Part shown: piece by piece, positions 28,574 to 38,614 of the stretch
Layout of the letters: the number at the start of each line of letters is the position of its first letter
Numbering within the stretch: the first letter of the stretch is position 1
NCBI GenBank assembly: GCA_965261915.1
Contig: CBDHDW010000013.1
Location: 320,491 to 384,490 of the forward strand
Source: Candidatus Poriferihabitaceae bacterium
Lineage (GTDB): Bacteria > Pseudomonadota > Gammaproteobacteria > Arenicellales > Poriferihabitantaceae
Direction: 5' to 3'
DNA: 64,000 nt
Translations under genes and position numbers: made by a program
Notes under the pieces: model-generated
What the model saw: the letters and a program-made list of their open reading frames with translations, nothing else
Databases searched by the model: none
Told to the model about the DNA's origin: nothing

Positions 28574-31203
28574 CTGAACAAATGCTCCACGAAAAACTAA
28601 CCACTGGCGAAGAGTTTTTAGTTGGCAGTGATTATTATAAACAGCATATCCCCGATGGCATCGCCAGCAATCTCAATCCTGATTTTCTGTTGCGACCCTA
28701 CCAGATGGAAGCCTTGGGTCGTTTCAAGTATTACCTGGAGACTTATCCCGCGCGCCCGAAAAACGTGCCGACACAAACCTTGTTTCACATGGCAACGGGT
28801 AGCGGTAAAACGCTGATTATGGCGGGGCTGATGTTGTATTTATACAAGCAGGGCTATCGCAATTTTCTGTTTTTTGTCAATAGCACCAATATCATCAATA
28901 AAACCCGTGATAACTTCCTCAATAAGACGGCTACAAAACACCTGTTTGCGGAAGTGATACAAATCGATAACCAACCGATACACATTAAAGAAGTCGATAA
29001 TTTTCAGGCGGCGAATGCGAATGATATAAATATTGTTTTTTCAACCATTCAGGGCTTGCATACGCGTCTGAATACGCCGCGAGAAAACAGCATCACCTTT
29101 GATGACTTTGAAAGTGAAAAAATCGTTCTTATTTCTGACGAAGCGCATCACATTAATGTAGAGACGAGGCGGACTAACACGCTTAATCAAACAGAATTGT
29201 TTGCATTGAATACTTGGGAATCCACGGTTGAGAAGATATTCATCGCTAACGCTGAAAATATTCTGCTGGAATTTACCGCTACTATGGACTTAAACCATCA
29301 ACAAATTATTGAAAAATATCGCGATAAAATCATTTTTGACTATCCGCTCAAGGCGTTTCGGATGGATGGCTATTCCAAAGAAGTCAAGGTATTGCAATCG
29401 GACACCGAGGCGTTTGAGCGGGCTTTACAAGCCATTTTATTAAGCCAGTTCAGGCGGAAAATATTTGAAAAACACGGTTGGTTGATAAAACCAGTTATTT
29501 TATTCAAGTCAAAAACAATTAAGGAATCTAATGCCTTTTATGCTGAATTTATTTCCCGAATAAGGCACTTACAAGGACATGATCTTGAAAAAATTGCCGG
29601 CAATCCTAATCTGGATGCTGTTTTAGCCGGGGTGTTTCGCTATTTTGCAGCGCATAAAATTACGCTGGACAATCTGGCTTTGGAATTACAGGAAGAGTTT
29701 GCCGAAAACAAATGTATCTCGGTCAATTCCAAAGATGAATCAGTGCAGAAACAGATTGCAGTCAACACATTGGAAGACAGGGACAACGAATACCGTGCTA
29801 TTTTCGCGGTCGATAAACTGAACGAAGGCTGGGATGTGCTTAATCTGTTTGATATTGTGCGTTTATACGATACGCGCGATGGGAAATCCGGCAGGCCGGG
29901 CAAAACCACCTTGTCGGAGGCACAGTTAATCGGGCGCGGGGCGCGATATTGCCCGTTCAGGGTGGCCGATGACCAACCGCTTTATCAGCGTAAATATGAT
30001 GTTTTTAACAATGACAAAGAGCATAACTTAAAGCTATGCGAGGAGCTGTATTATCACAGTGCTTATAACCCACGCTATATTCAAGAATTACACACGGCTT
30101 TAGTAGAAATCGGCATTAAACAGAACAGTAGCCGTCAGTTAGAATTAACCCTAAAGCCAGCGTTCAAAGAGAAGTCGTTTTATAAGAAGGGCGTTATTCT
30201 CAAAAATGAACGGGTGAAATATGCACGCGAGGACGTAACGGGCATCCCCGCTTCATTTATTCAAACCACACATAAAATCCCATTGCCATCGGGTTATTCA
30301 CAATCGTCAACGGTATTTGCGTTTGAACCACAGCGACAGGGCAACCAAATACAGCAAGATTATTGCATTAAATCATTTGGCTGCCACGTTATAAAAAAGG
30401 CATTGTGCCGATTCCCCGAATACCGCTTGGCAAATCTAAAATGCCTGTTTCCACATTTGCCAAGCCTGTCAGAATTTATTGACTCTGATGACTATCTGGG
30501 AAGAGTCAAAGCCGAGGTTAGCGGCGATGAGGATGCCGTGAACAATCTAAGCCAAGCGAACAAGCTGTATATTGTTGTCTGTTTGCTGGATAGATTAAGC
30601 TGCCAATTACAGGCGGAAAAAGTGGACTATAAAGGCACGAAAGAATTTAAACCTTATCCAATCAAAGACACTTTCACCGATAAAACACTTAATGTTGTCA
30701 ATGATGGCAGTGCTGATAAAGAATATGGTATTGCACAAAGCCAAACAACGAATAAGAATTTAAATATGGATTTATCCGCTCAGGATTGGTTTGTATTTAA
30801 CGAGCACTACGGAACTTCTGAGGAAAAGTATCTGGTCAAATATATTGAAAAGATAGTGCATCGATTAAAGCAAACCTATTCAGAGGTTTATTTGCTACGC
30901 AATGAGCGCCATTTCAAACTGTTCAATTTTGATGACGGACGTGCGTTTGAGCCCGATTTTGTGCTGTGTTTAATCAAGAATAATAAAACCCCTGCCCAGC
31001 ATTACCAAATAATTATTGAGCCAAAAGGTAGCCATTTAATCGAGCATGATCAATGGAAGCAAGATTTTTTATTGCAGTTAAAAGATGGGCATAAGATCGA
31101 ACAGTTATGGAAAGATAGAAACCACATAGTTTGGGGTATGCCGTTTTATAATGAAACAGAAACCAAAGCCGAGTTTGAGAAAGAGTTTGCTACTTTGGTT
31201 TAA
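28570..31203 (+). CDS. res: Type III restriction enzyme Res subunit (helicase plus C-terminal endonuclease)
   Basis: ATGSGKTLIMAG (motif I), LISDEAHH (DEAH), and later helicase motifs (QLIGRGAR). The C-terminal nuclease motif is FEPDFVL...IIIEPKG. Confidence 0.92.
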   Translation: MTEQMLHEKLTTGEEFLVGSDYYKQHIPDGIASNLNPDFLLRPYQMEALGRFKYYLETYPARPKNVPTQTLFHMATGSGKTLIMAGLMLYLYKQGYRNFLFFVNSTNIINKTRDNFLNKTATKHLFAEVIQIDNQPIHIKEVDNFQAANANDINIVFSTIQGLHTRLNTPRENSITFDDFESEKIVLISDEAHHINVETRRTNTLNQTELFALNTWESTVEKIFIANAENILLEFTATMDLNHQQIIEKYRDKIIFDYPLKAFRMDGYSKEVKVLQSDTEAFERALQAILLSQFRRKIFEKHGWLIKPVILFKSKTIKESNAFYAEFISRIRHLQGHDLEKIAGNPNLDAVLAGVFRYFAAHKITLDNLALELQEEFAENKCISVNSKDESVQKQIAVNTLEDRDNEYRAIFAVDKLNEGWDVLNLFDIVRLYDTRDGKSGRPGKTTLSEAQLIGRGARYCPFRVADDQPLYQRKYDVFNNDKEHNLKLCEELYYHSAYNPRYIQELHTALVEIGIKQNSSRQLELTLKPAFKEKSFYKKGVILKNERVKYAREDVTGIPASFIQTTHKIPLPSGYSQSSTVFAFEPQRQGNQIQQDYCIKSFGCHVIKKALCRFPEYRLANLKCLFPHLPSLSEFIDSDDYLGRVKAEVSGDEDAVNNLSQANKLYIVVCLLDRLSCQLQAEKVDYKGTKEFKPYPIKDTFTDKTLNVVNDGSADKEYGIAQSQTTNKNLNMDLSAQDWFVFNEHYGTSEEKYLVKYIEKIVHRLKQTYSEVYLLRNERHFKLFNFDDGRAFEPDFVLCLIKNNKTPAQHYQIIIEPKGSHLIEHDQWKQDFLLQLKDGHKIEQLWKDRNHIVWGMPFYNETETKAEFEKEFATLV

Positions 31204-31210
31204 GGTGGAA

Positions 31211-31270
31211 CCTTTGCACAGTCTGAGATTTTGTTTGCTAGAGCAGGGAAAGTCACACGGGAATGACGGG
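31211..31270. repeat. REP-like family member (ttgcacagtct ... gggaatgacg)
   Basis: tttgcacagtctgag...cacacgggaatgacggg shares both sub-motifs with 39737-39768 (cttgcacagtctcttccgcaggaatgacgaatg). Confidence 0.6.
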
Positions 31271-31296
31271 TTGGAACGATACGCCCTTTTCTGAGA

Positions 31297-31441
31297 ATGT
31301 TTATTAATGGCACAGGTGAAAACCGGAAATGCATTGCAAACCAAACAATTCAGGCCTGTGAAAATGACGGTTTCTTTTATATTGCTAATCATGGGATCGA
31401 GGAAGAATTGTTTGTCCAGAGGCGTAATTCAGCACTGTCAT
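31297..31441 (+). pseudogene. 2OG-Fe(II) oxygenase N-terminal fragment, cut by the IS1634-family element
   Basis: IANQTIQACENDGFFYIANHGIEEELF is the DIOX_N-type signature (..AC...GFFY..NHGI). Homology stops at the IS terminal repeat at 31442. Confidence 0.6.
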
Positions 31442-31541
31442 TCCTGACTTCGACGGTTCACACTCATAACTCATTGATTTATAAGGAAACACAAAAATAC
31501 CTAGGCACTACAAATGCCCAGATATTGAAGAATTATGTCAA

Positions 31542-32609
31542 TTAGTACAGTGGGTAAGCTGTGGTAATCGCTTTTAATCCCATCACAGCATAGATTTTTT
31601 TTGCCTCTGGATTGATTTGAGAAGGCATGACATAACGCTGTTTGGTGCGCTTGTGTTTGAACACGCTATGTTGCACATGAATCAAGGCATTACGAATAAC
31701 TTCAGGGGATAAGGCTTTGTGTTGTAGCTTGATTCGATACATTAGCTGTCTGATGCAGGCAAAAGCCATGAACGAAATAGCAATGTGGGCACGCACCCTG
31801 GAAGGTGTCCAGTGGTAGATAGGGCGTACTTTTAAGTCATGTTTAGTGATGCGGAAACTTTCTTCAACCTGCCATAAGCCGCGATAGTGTGATAGCACTT
31901 CCTGATGCGGCGTATCTGGCAAATTGGTGATGACCCCATGCAAGCCGTCCCAGCGGCTTTCGGCATCAATTTTATCCTGGTTGATACTCAGGCTGGTTTT
32001 TCCTTTGATAATCAGAAACTTTTTATAGCCGTAGTTATTTAATAAGTCCTTGGGATTCTGGCTTTTACCTATTTTCTTGATGAGCCGATCGACTGCCTTT
32101 TGTCGGTCATGTTGATCTTTATCCGCACGCTTTGGACAATGCGAGACAATGAGCCGTCTCTTCTTGTGCGTCAGCTCGGCTGCGCTTGACCCGCCTTTGC
32201 CAAGTGCCTGATAAGCTGATTTATCCAATACTTTGGTTTGTAGTGCACTTGGTAATTGTTTTAGTTTCGCTCCGACAATGTAATAAGCGCCCGCCTCATC
32301 CAGGGCGCTTAGATTGTCTTCATTCAACATGCCCCGATCAGCGACAAAGATCATTTTCCTAACATCATAGCGCGCTTGCATCGTCTGCAAAACGCTGATT
32401 AGGCTATGACCCTCGAAAGTAGCACCGGGAAACACTTCGTAGCCGACCGGCAGACCTTCGCGGGTGACCAGCAAAGCCAGCAATACTTGCGGCTGATTGA
32501 CCTGTGTCTGATTAACTTGACAGTCCTTGCTGTAGCCATTTTGTTTTAATTCGTCTTCCTTGAAAGACTCAAAATACAGTGTCGTACAGTCAAAGAACAA
32601 CACATCTAA
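31542..32609 (-). pseudogene. IS1634-family transposase, C-terminal part (interrupted)
   Basis: DVLFFDCTTLYFESFKEDEL... carries the DDE region. The first 13 codons of the ORF-track ORF (32610-32648) are IS630 terminal sequence. Confidence 0.85.
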
Positions 32610-33768
32610 TACCAACGGCCCAAGGATTTGACACTTTGTGCTTTCCACGGGGAATTTGAAGTGATTCAGTAGTTATCATCATAGGAGGTATTGATGACAG
32701 TAGAGATTATGCGAACGGACAAGTCGGCCTGCGATCTTCGGCGCGCCGCAGCGGCGTGCAGGGACGCGAAAGCGGCCCGACGGATGCTGGCGATTGCGTT
32801 GATTTTGGACGGCACTGACCGCAAGACGGCGGCCGAGAACTGCGGGATGGATCGCCAGACGTTGCGTGACTGGGTACACCGTTACAATGACACGGGGATT
32901 GAGGGTCTCTCGAACCGGCGTTCGCCAGGACGACAGCCCCTGCTCAGCGTGGCACAGAAGGCGGAGTTGGCATCGCTTGTGCGTGAGAGGCCGGATCCCG
33001 AAACGGACGGCGTGGTGCGCTGGCGGCGCATTGACCTCAAGCGCAAGATTGAGGAGCGCTTTGGCGTTGTCATGCATGAACGGACCGTTGGCAAACAACT
33101 GGTAAAACTTGGTTTTCGACGCTTGTCTGTGCGCCCGCAGCATCCGAAATCCGACCCGGATGCGCAGGATGCGTTTAAAAAAACTTCGCTGCAGAGGTAG
33201 CGGCCGTTCTGCCCAAAACGGCCTGCGGCAAACCATTGGAGATTTGGTTTCAGGACGAAGCTCGTGTGGGTCAGCAAGGGACGCTGACACGTATATGGGC
33301 CGAACGGGGAACCCGGCCGCGTGCGCCGCGTGATACACGTTATACGTCGGGCTATATCTTCGGCGCGGTTTGTCCCGAACGCGCCGAGGCTGCTGCGCTG
33401 ATCATGCCGCATGCGGACACGTCCGCTATGAATGCACATCTGTGCGAGATCGCCAGGACGGTCGCGGCAGGTGCCCATGCCTTGCTCATCCTCGACGGTG
33501 CAGGCTGGCACGGATCAGCAAAACTGGAAGTGCCAGACAACATCACCCTGCTCAAACTCCCGCCCTATGCGCCAGAACTCAATCCGATGGAAAACGTTTG
33601 GGCCTACCTGCGCGCCAACAAGCTGGCAATCTCTGTGTTTGAATCCTACGATGAGATCGTCGACAAATGCTGCGATGCCTGGAATTTCTTCGCAGAGGAC
33701 AAACAGGCAATCGCATCAATCACATCACGTAATTGGGCCAAAACAGTCAATCAATAGAGCCGTTGGTA
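32610..33768 (+). mobile_element. IS630-family element (1159 bp)
   Basis: Terminal inverted repeats are TACCAACGGC (32610-32619) and GCCGTTGGTA (33759-33768), flanked by TAA/TAA (32607-32609, 33769-33771). It is markedly more GC-rich than its surroundings. Confidence 0.85.
32691..33757 (+). CDS. IS630-family transposase, two frames joined by a probable -1 frameshift
   Basis: orfA (HTH: DGTDRKTAAENCGMDRQTLRDWVHRYN) ends at 33200. orfB (IWFQDEARVGQQG...LPPYAPELNPMENVW, DDE) is in the -1 frame. An A7 run at 33177-33183 is a candidate slippery site. Confidence 0.8.
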
Positions 33769-34389
33769 TAAGGCACCAGATAACAATGATCGCGTACCTT
33801 CACAGGTCATCGCTTGCAGCCGACTGATGGTGTTATCGTCCAGCTGATCCATCATCCGATAAACTTTCTCTAAGGACAAAGAAACGCCAAAGTCCTGCTC
33901 CAGGTGCTGCACACTGCTACGCTTGCGCTTGCTTTGCTCTGGGGGATTGGCAATGCGTGCCATTACACAATGGAACAGGGCTTCATGGGAAGCACGATAC
34001 CGCCTCTGCGGCAACAGGGTATCGAACGACAACTGGCGATAGACCGCGCCATACACCTCATGGATGCCCAGCACCACACGTTGTTCTTCCACCATCTGCC
34101 TCAGATCAACATTCAAGGTGGCTTTAGACGCTTGAGCTTTTGCGGCTTTCGCTTCAATCATCTGTTTGGCGACCGCCTCAGGCGGAAACAAACCGGGCTG
34201 GTGTTGGGCTTCAAGCTTCGCCTTGACGACTTCGGCCAGCTCTTTCAATCGCACTAACTCATCGTCATCCATGGCAATGCCGATATAACGGACAATCTTT
34301 TGCTTGACCTTATCGCCGACGCGCACAGATGAGACAATCTGAACCGATTGTCTTGGGCTATTGGGTGTCGATTTAACGCGAACAAACAT
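33769..34389 (-). pseudogene. IS1634-family transposase, N-terminal part (interrupted)
   Basis: Joining ...SLLSGA + L (tta) to DVLFFDC... at 32609 restores one ~561-aa frame. Confidence 0.85.
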
Positions 34390-34763
34390 GGGATGAGCTT
34401 ACACCATGCTATTGCCAAAATCAACACAAATATTCAGATAGGCACTACAAAGCAGTTTCTCTACCACCCCCGCGTGTTTATTGGGCTGTGGGCGATCTGC
34501 GCGGGGTGGACCGTCGAAGTCAGGGAGGCGGTTGGCTTGCTGTTCATTGTATAACCCCAAATCAAAAAATAGGCTAATTACCGCATTTGATTGCTACATA
34601 CAAGCTTTTTTAAGCCCGATTGCCTTGTTCTATCTAGGGATTTTGGGTTGACTTTCGTTGCTGAATTAAGCAACAATACTTCGTGTAAGTCACCTGCAAA
34701 ATGAATACAGTGTATGACAAAACATATTTATGAGAAATTTACGTCCAACATTATCTGTGCCCG

Positions 34764-35852
34764 ATGACATCTCTAGTTCGCTTCGTTGATATTCAAAAGA
34801 GCTACGACGGTGAAGCTCTGGTTGTCAAAAACCTTAATTTGGACGTGGCAGAAGGAGAATTCCTTACCATGCTTGGTCCCTCGGGCTCTGGAAAAACCAC
34901 TTGTCTAATGATGCTGGCTGGGTTTGAACCGGCAACATACGGTGAGATTTACCTAAAAGATCAGGGTATTAACAATGTCGCACCGCACAAACGCGGCATT
35001 GGCATGGTGTTTCAAAATTATGCCTTGTTTCCACACATGACCGTTGCCGAAAACTTGGCATTTCCTCTCGAAGTTCGAAAAATGAACAAGAGTGAACGCG
35101 AGCAGAAGGTCAAGCGAGCATTGGGTATGGTGCAACTAGAGGCTTTTGGAGATCGCCGACCGGCACAATTGTCGGGCGGACAACAACAACGAGTGGCCGT
35201 GGCAAGGGCATTGGTTTTTGACCCGGATTTGGTGTTGATGGATGAACCACTGGGCGCACTGGATAAAAACCTACGCGAGCAAATGCAGTATGAAATCAAA
35301 CACATTCACGAGAATCTCGGTTTGACCGTGGTGTATGTGACCCATGACCAGAGCGAAGCATTAACCATGTCAAACCGTATCGCGGTATTCGACGACGGTA
35401 TTATCCAACAATGCGCCCCGCCTGAAGTGTTGTATGAAAAACCTGAAAATGCCTTCTGTGCCAATTTTATCGGTGAAAACAATCGCCTGCTCGGCAAGGT
35501 GGTTGACGATCTCGGCGACAGCGTCAAAGTTGAAGTTGACGGTACTGGTGATGTGGTAAGCGCAATTAAAATCAAAGTTGCTGGCGTAGGGGTGAGGGCG
35601 ACTTTATCGTTGCGACCAGAGCGCGTAACGGTATCGCCGAAAGCCGGTTCTTTACCAAATATTTTCCCGGCCCGAGCCGAAGAGTTGATTTATCTGGGTG
35701 ACCACATTCGCACACGCTTCACCGTTTGTGGGCACGATGACTTTATTGTAAAAATTCCTAATTCAGCCGTACACGCCCATCTCCAACGCGGAGATACGGT
35801 GGATATTGGCTGGAGTGTGGATGACTGTCGCGCACTTGACCCGTCTGATTGA
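34764..35852 (+). CDS. ABC transporter ATP-binding protein, PotA/spermidine-putrescine type
   Basis: Walker A GPSGSGKTT, signature LSGGQQQRVAVARAL, Walker B LVLMDEPL, and a C-terminal TOBE-like domain. Confidence 0.88.
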   Translation: MTSLVRFVDIQKSYDGEALVVKNLNLDVAEGEFLTMLGPSGSGKTTCLMMLAGFEPATYGEIYLKDQGINNVAPHKRGIGMVFQNYALFPHMTVAENLAFPLEVRKMNKSEREQKVKRALGMVQLEAFGDRRPAQLSGGQQQRVAVARALVFDPDLVLMDEPLGALDKNLREQMQYEIKHIHENLGLTVVYVTHDQSEALTMSNRIAVFDDGIIQQCAPPEVLYEKPENAFCANFIGENNRLLGKVVDDLGDSVKVEVDGTGDVVSAIKIKVAGVGVRATLSLRPERVTVSPKAGSLPNIFPARAEELIYLGDHIRTRFTVCGHDDFIVKIPNSAVHAHLQRGDTVDIGWSVDDCRALDPSD

Positions 35853-35954
35853 TAGCCAATAACAAACACTGTTTATGAGCAAATATCAGACAATACGTCT
35901 TAATGCGGACGGTATTTATCGTGGTTATTTATAATCGTTCAATGCAAATTAAAC

Positions 35955-37070
35955 ATGAGGAGAATCCTAATGAAAAGTGTAAATAAATTGTGTCAAACGT
36001 TGCTGGTGACAGCGGTATTTGGCTTAACCACCACAGCACAAGCGCAGACAGATTTGGTTATTGTGTCTTGGGGCGGTGCTTATACTGCCAGTCAGCAGAA
36101 TGCGTATCATGCTCCTTATATGGCAGCCAATCCCGACATCAAAATCATCAATGATGATTCATCCAACGAGGCGGCTCCCAAACTTCGTGCGATGAACGAA
36201 GCGGGCAATGTAACCTGGGCCTTGGTTGATGCGGTGGCAGCCGATGCGTTAGCACTGTGTGATGAAGGGCTGTTGGAAGAAATTGATCACGATGCGGTCT
36301 TGGCAAAGGCACCAGACGGTACCTCCGCATCTGAAGACTTTGGTGATTTAATCGTGTCGCCATGCTTTATTCCGCAAATTGTGTATTCGACCACGTTTGG
36401 TTACCGTACCGACCTGGTTGGAGACAATCCGCCGACCACAATCGCCGACGTGTTTGACCTTGATAAAATTCCGGGCAAACGCTCGCTCGAGAAAAAACCA
36501 ATCAACAATGTGGAGTGGGCTTTGCTCGCTGACGGGGTGCCCGCTGATGAAATCTATGATTTGTTGGAAACCGAAGCGGGTGTTGCCCGTGCCTTCGCCA
36601 AGCTGGATACCATCAAAGATCAAACGATTTGGTGGAGTAAAGGTGCGCAAACGCCGCAATTACTGGCAGATGGCGAAGTGGTTATCGGCTCGACTTACAA
36701 CGGTCGCTTGTTCTCGGTGATTGAAGAAGAAAAACAGCCGATTGCGATGATGTGGGATTGGCAGGTTTTTGATATTGATGGCTGGGTTATTCCCAAAGGG
36801 GGTCCGCATAAAGCGGAGGTGCTGGATTACTTGAATTTTGCCACCGACACCCAACGTTTGGCTGACCAATCAAAATATATCTCTTATGGTCCGGCACGCA
36901 AGTCTTCTGCGCCACTGGTCAGCAAACATGCGACTCTGGGTATCGACATGGCACCGCATATGCCTACAGACCCCAATAATTCAAAGCACACTTTGTTGTA
37001 TAACTTTGAGTTTTGGGCGGATAACAACGATGACTTGACCGAGCAATTCAATGCTTGGTTGGCGCAGTAA
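35955..37070 (+). CDS. Periplasmic solute-binding protein (PotD/PotF-like family 1)
   Basis: Signal peptide (MKSVNKLCQTLLVTAVFGLTTTAQA), then LVIVSWGGAY... typical of polyamine-type binding proteins. ATG 35970 is an alternative start. Confidence 0.8.
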   Translation: MRRILMKSVNKLCQTLLVTAVFGLTTTAQAQTDLVIVSWGGAYTASQQNAYHAPYMAANPDIKIINDDSSNEAAPKLRAMNEAGNVTWALVDAVAADALALCDEGLLEEIDHDAVLAKAPDGTSASEDFGDLIVSPCFIPQIVYSTTFGYRTDLVGDNPPTTIADVFDLDKIPGKRSLEKKPINNVEWALLADGVPADEIYDLLETEAGVARAFAKLDTIKDQTIWWSKGAQTPQLLADGEVVIGSTYNGRLFSVIEEEKQPIAMMWDWQVFDIDGWVIPKGGPHKAEVLDYLNFATDTQRLADQSKYISYGPARKSSAPLVSKHATLGIDMAPHMPTDPNNSKHTLLYNFEFWADNNDDLTEQFNAWLAQ

Positions 37071-37221
37071 TTATCGCAATAGTTATCATTGAGACAGTGC
37101 ATTAAGTGCGATTGTGCTTGATTTTACCGAGTGATGCTGGGGGCGGTTGTGCAGTGAACACCGCTCCCACCATTTGTGCTGGGTATCATCTCCATTGGCT
37201 GCCTGTCCTAGCGACTAGGCA

Positions 37222-38547
37222 TTGACCGACAAGCGTTTTGTAATGGCTTCTGCAACCACAACCCCCGATCAGGTGTTCGATCAGACCCTCGGCGAAGTGC
37301 CGAGCCAAGCGATTGTTACTGCCGACGGCGTTCCCTTAAAAACCAGTCTCGCTCGTGCCCAACGGCGTGGCAAACTGAAAGCCATCGGGCTGGTTGTGCC
37401 ATTATTCCTGTTTATATTGGTTACGTTTTTTGTACCAATAGTCGATATGCTGTTTCGCAGTGTCGAGAATCAGTTGGTGGGTGAGGTTATGCACCACACC
37501 GTGCCACTATTGCAAAACTGGGACGAACAAAGCGGGGAATTGCCTGACGAAGCCGTATTCGCGGCATTGGCAGAAGATTTTCGCGAAGCCAAAGAAAGCA
37601 AATCGAGTGGCAGGGTAGGTCGCCGATTGAATTACGAAAAAACCGGGTTTTCCGGTTTGTTCAGAAAAACGGTGCGTAAAGCAGGTGATTTGGAGCCCCC
37701 CTATCAACAATCTTTTATCGCTCTTAACAAGAAATGGGGCGATGTCGAAAACTGGCGGGTATTTAAGCGCGAAAGTGGTGCCTACACCATTTCATATTAT
37801 CTGGCGGCAATGGATATGGGCTATGGCGATTCTGGCGACATTGTCAGAAACGATGCCGGCAAACGCATTTATCTCCAACTGTTTTGGCGTACTCTGTGGA
37901 TGAGTTTATTGATAACGCTGTTATGTTTGATTTTGGCCTATCCCATATCCTATCTATTGTCGGTGTTGCCGACGGCAAAAAGTAACCTACTCATTATATT
38001 GGTATTATTACCGTTTTGGACTTCTTTGCTGGTGCGTACCACCGCTTGGATTGCACTGTTACAGCAAGAGGGGGTGATAAACGATCTTGTGGTTTGGTTG
38101 GGATTGGTCGCGGATGACAATCGACTGGGAATGATTCACAACCGTACCGGCACCATCATCGCCATGGTGCATATTTTATTGCCATTCATGGTGTTGCCAT
38201 TGTATAGCGTAATGAAAACCATCCCGCCGAGCTATATGCGGGCGGCAAAATCCCTCGGCGCAACTCCGTTTACCGCATTCGTTAGGATTTATATGCCCAA
38301 CACTGTGGCGGGTATTGGTGCTGGTGCGATTCTGGTATTTATACTCGCCATCGGCTATTACATCACCCCTGCATTGGTCGGCGGACAAAGCGGCACACTA
38401 ATCAGCAATTTTATTGCCTTTCACATGTCAAGTTCTCTGAACTGGGGACTGGCAGCAGCCTTGGGGGCGATATTACTTGGTATCGTCCTAGCCTTATATT
38501 TCCTGTATGACCGCATCGTTGGCATCGACAACATGAAGTTAGGCTAA
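37222..38547 (+). CDS. ABC transporter permease (PotB-like) with an extended N-terminal region
   Basis: Contains the EAA-loop region (MRAAKSLGATPFTAFVRIYMP). The ~170-aa N-terminal extension has one TM. Start uncertain (TTG 37222 or ATG 37243). Confidence 0.8.
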   Translation: MTDKRFVMASATTTPDQVFDQTLGEVPSQAIVTADGVPLKTSLARAQRRGKLKAIGLVVPLFLFILVTFFVPIVDMLFRSVENQLVGEVMHHTVPLLQNWDEQSGELPDEAVFAALAEDFREAKESKSSGRVGRRLNYEKTGFSGLFRKTVRKAGDLEPPYQQSFIALNKKWGDVENWRVFKRESGAYTISYYLAAMDMGYGDSGDIVRNDAGKRIYLQLFWRTLWMSLLITLLCLILAYPISYLLSVLPTAKSNLLIILVLLPFWTSLLVRTTAWIALLQQEGVINDLVVWLGLVADDNRLGMIHNRTGTIIAMVHILLPFMVLPLYSVMKTIPPSYMRAAKSLGATPFTAFVRIYMPNTVAGIGAGAILVFILAIGYYITPALVGGQSGTLISNFIAFHMSSSLNWGLAAALGAILLGIVLALYFLYDRIVGIDNMKLG

Positions 38548-38614
38548 ACCTTGACCCGAAAAATACCAACGCAACCAGCATAACGACACCAAGCACGAGC
38601 AAGCAAATAACATT

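Larger units (their letters stand above)
31442..34524 (-). mobile_element. IS1634-family (IS4 superfamily) element carrying a nested IS630-family element
   Basis: Terminal inverted repeats are cctgacttcgacggt (31442-31456) and accgtcgaagtcagg (34510-34524). The transposase N-terminus MFVRVKSTPNSPRQSVQIVSSVRVGDKVKQKIVRYIG is typical of IS1634. Length without the nested IS is ~1.92 kb. Confidence 0.8.

Noticed and set aside
32610-32648. N-terminal 13 codons (VESTKCQILGPLV) of the 31542-32648 ORF
   Set aside because: This stretch is the IS630 terminal inverted repeat read through in frame. The real IS1634 transposase sequence resumes at 32609.
32679-33511. Long antisense ORFs (219 aa and 209 aa) and several + strand alternative-frame ORFs inside the IS630 element
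   Set aside because: These are typical stop-codon-poor artefacts of GC-rich DNA. The sense-strand frames carry clear IS630 HTH and DDE signatures.
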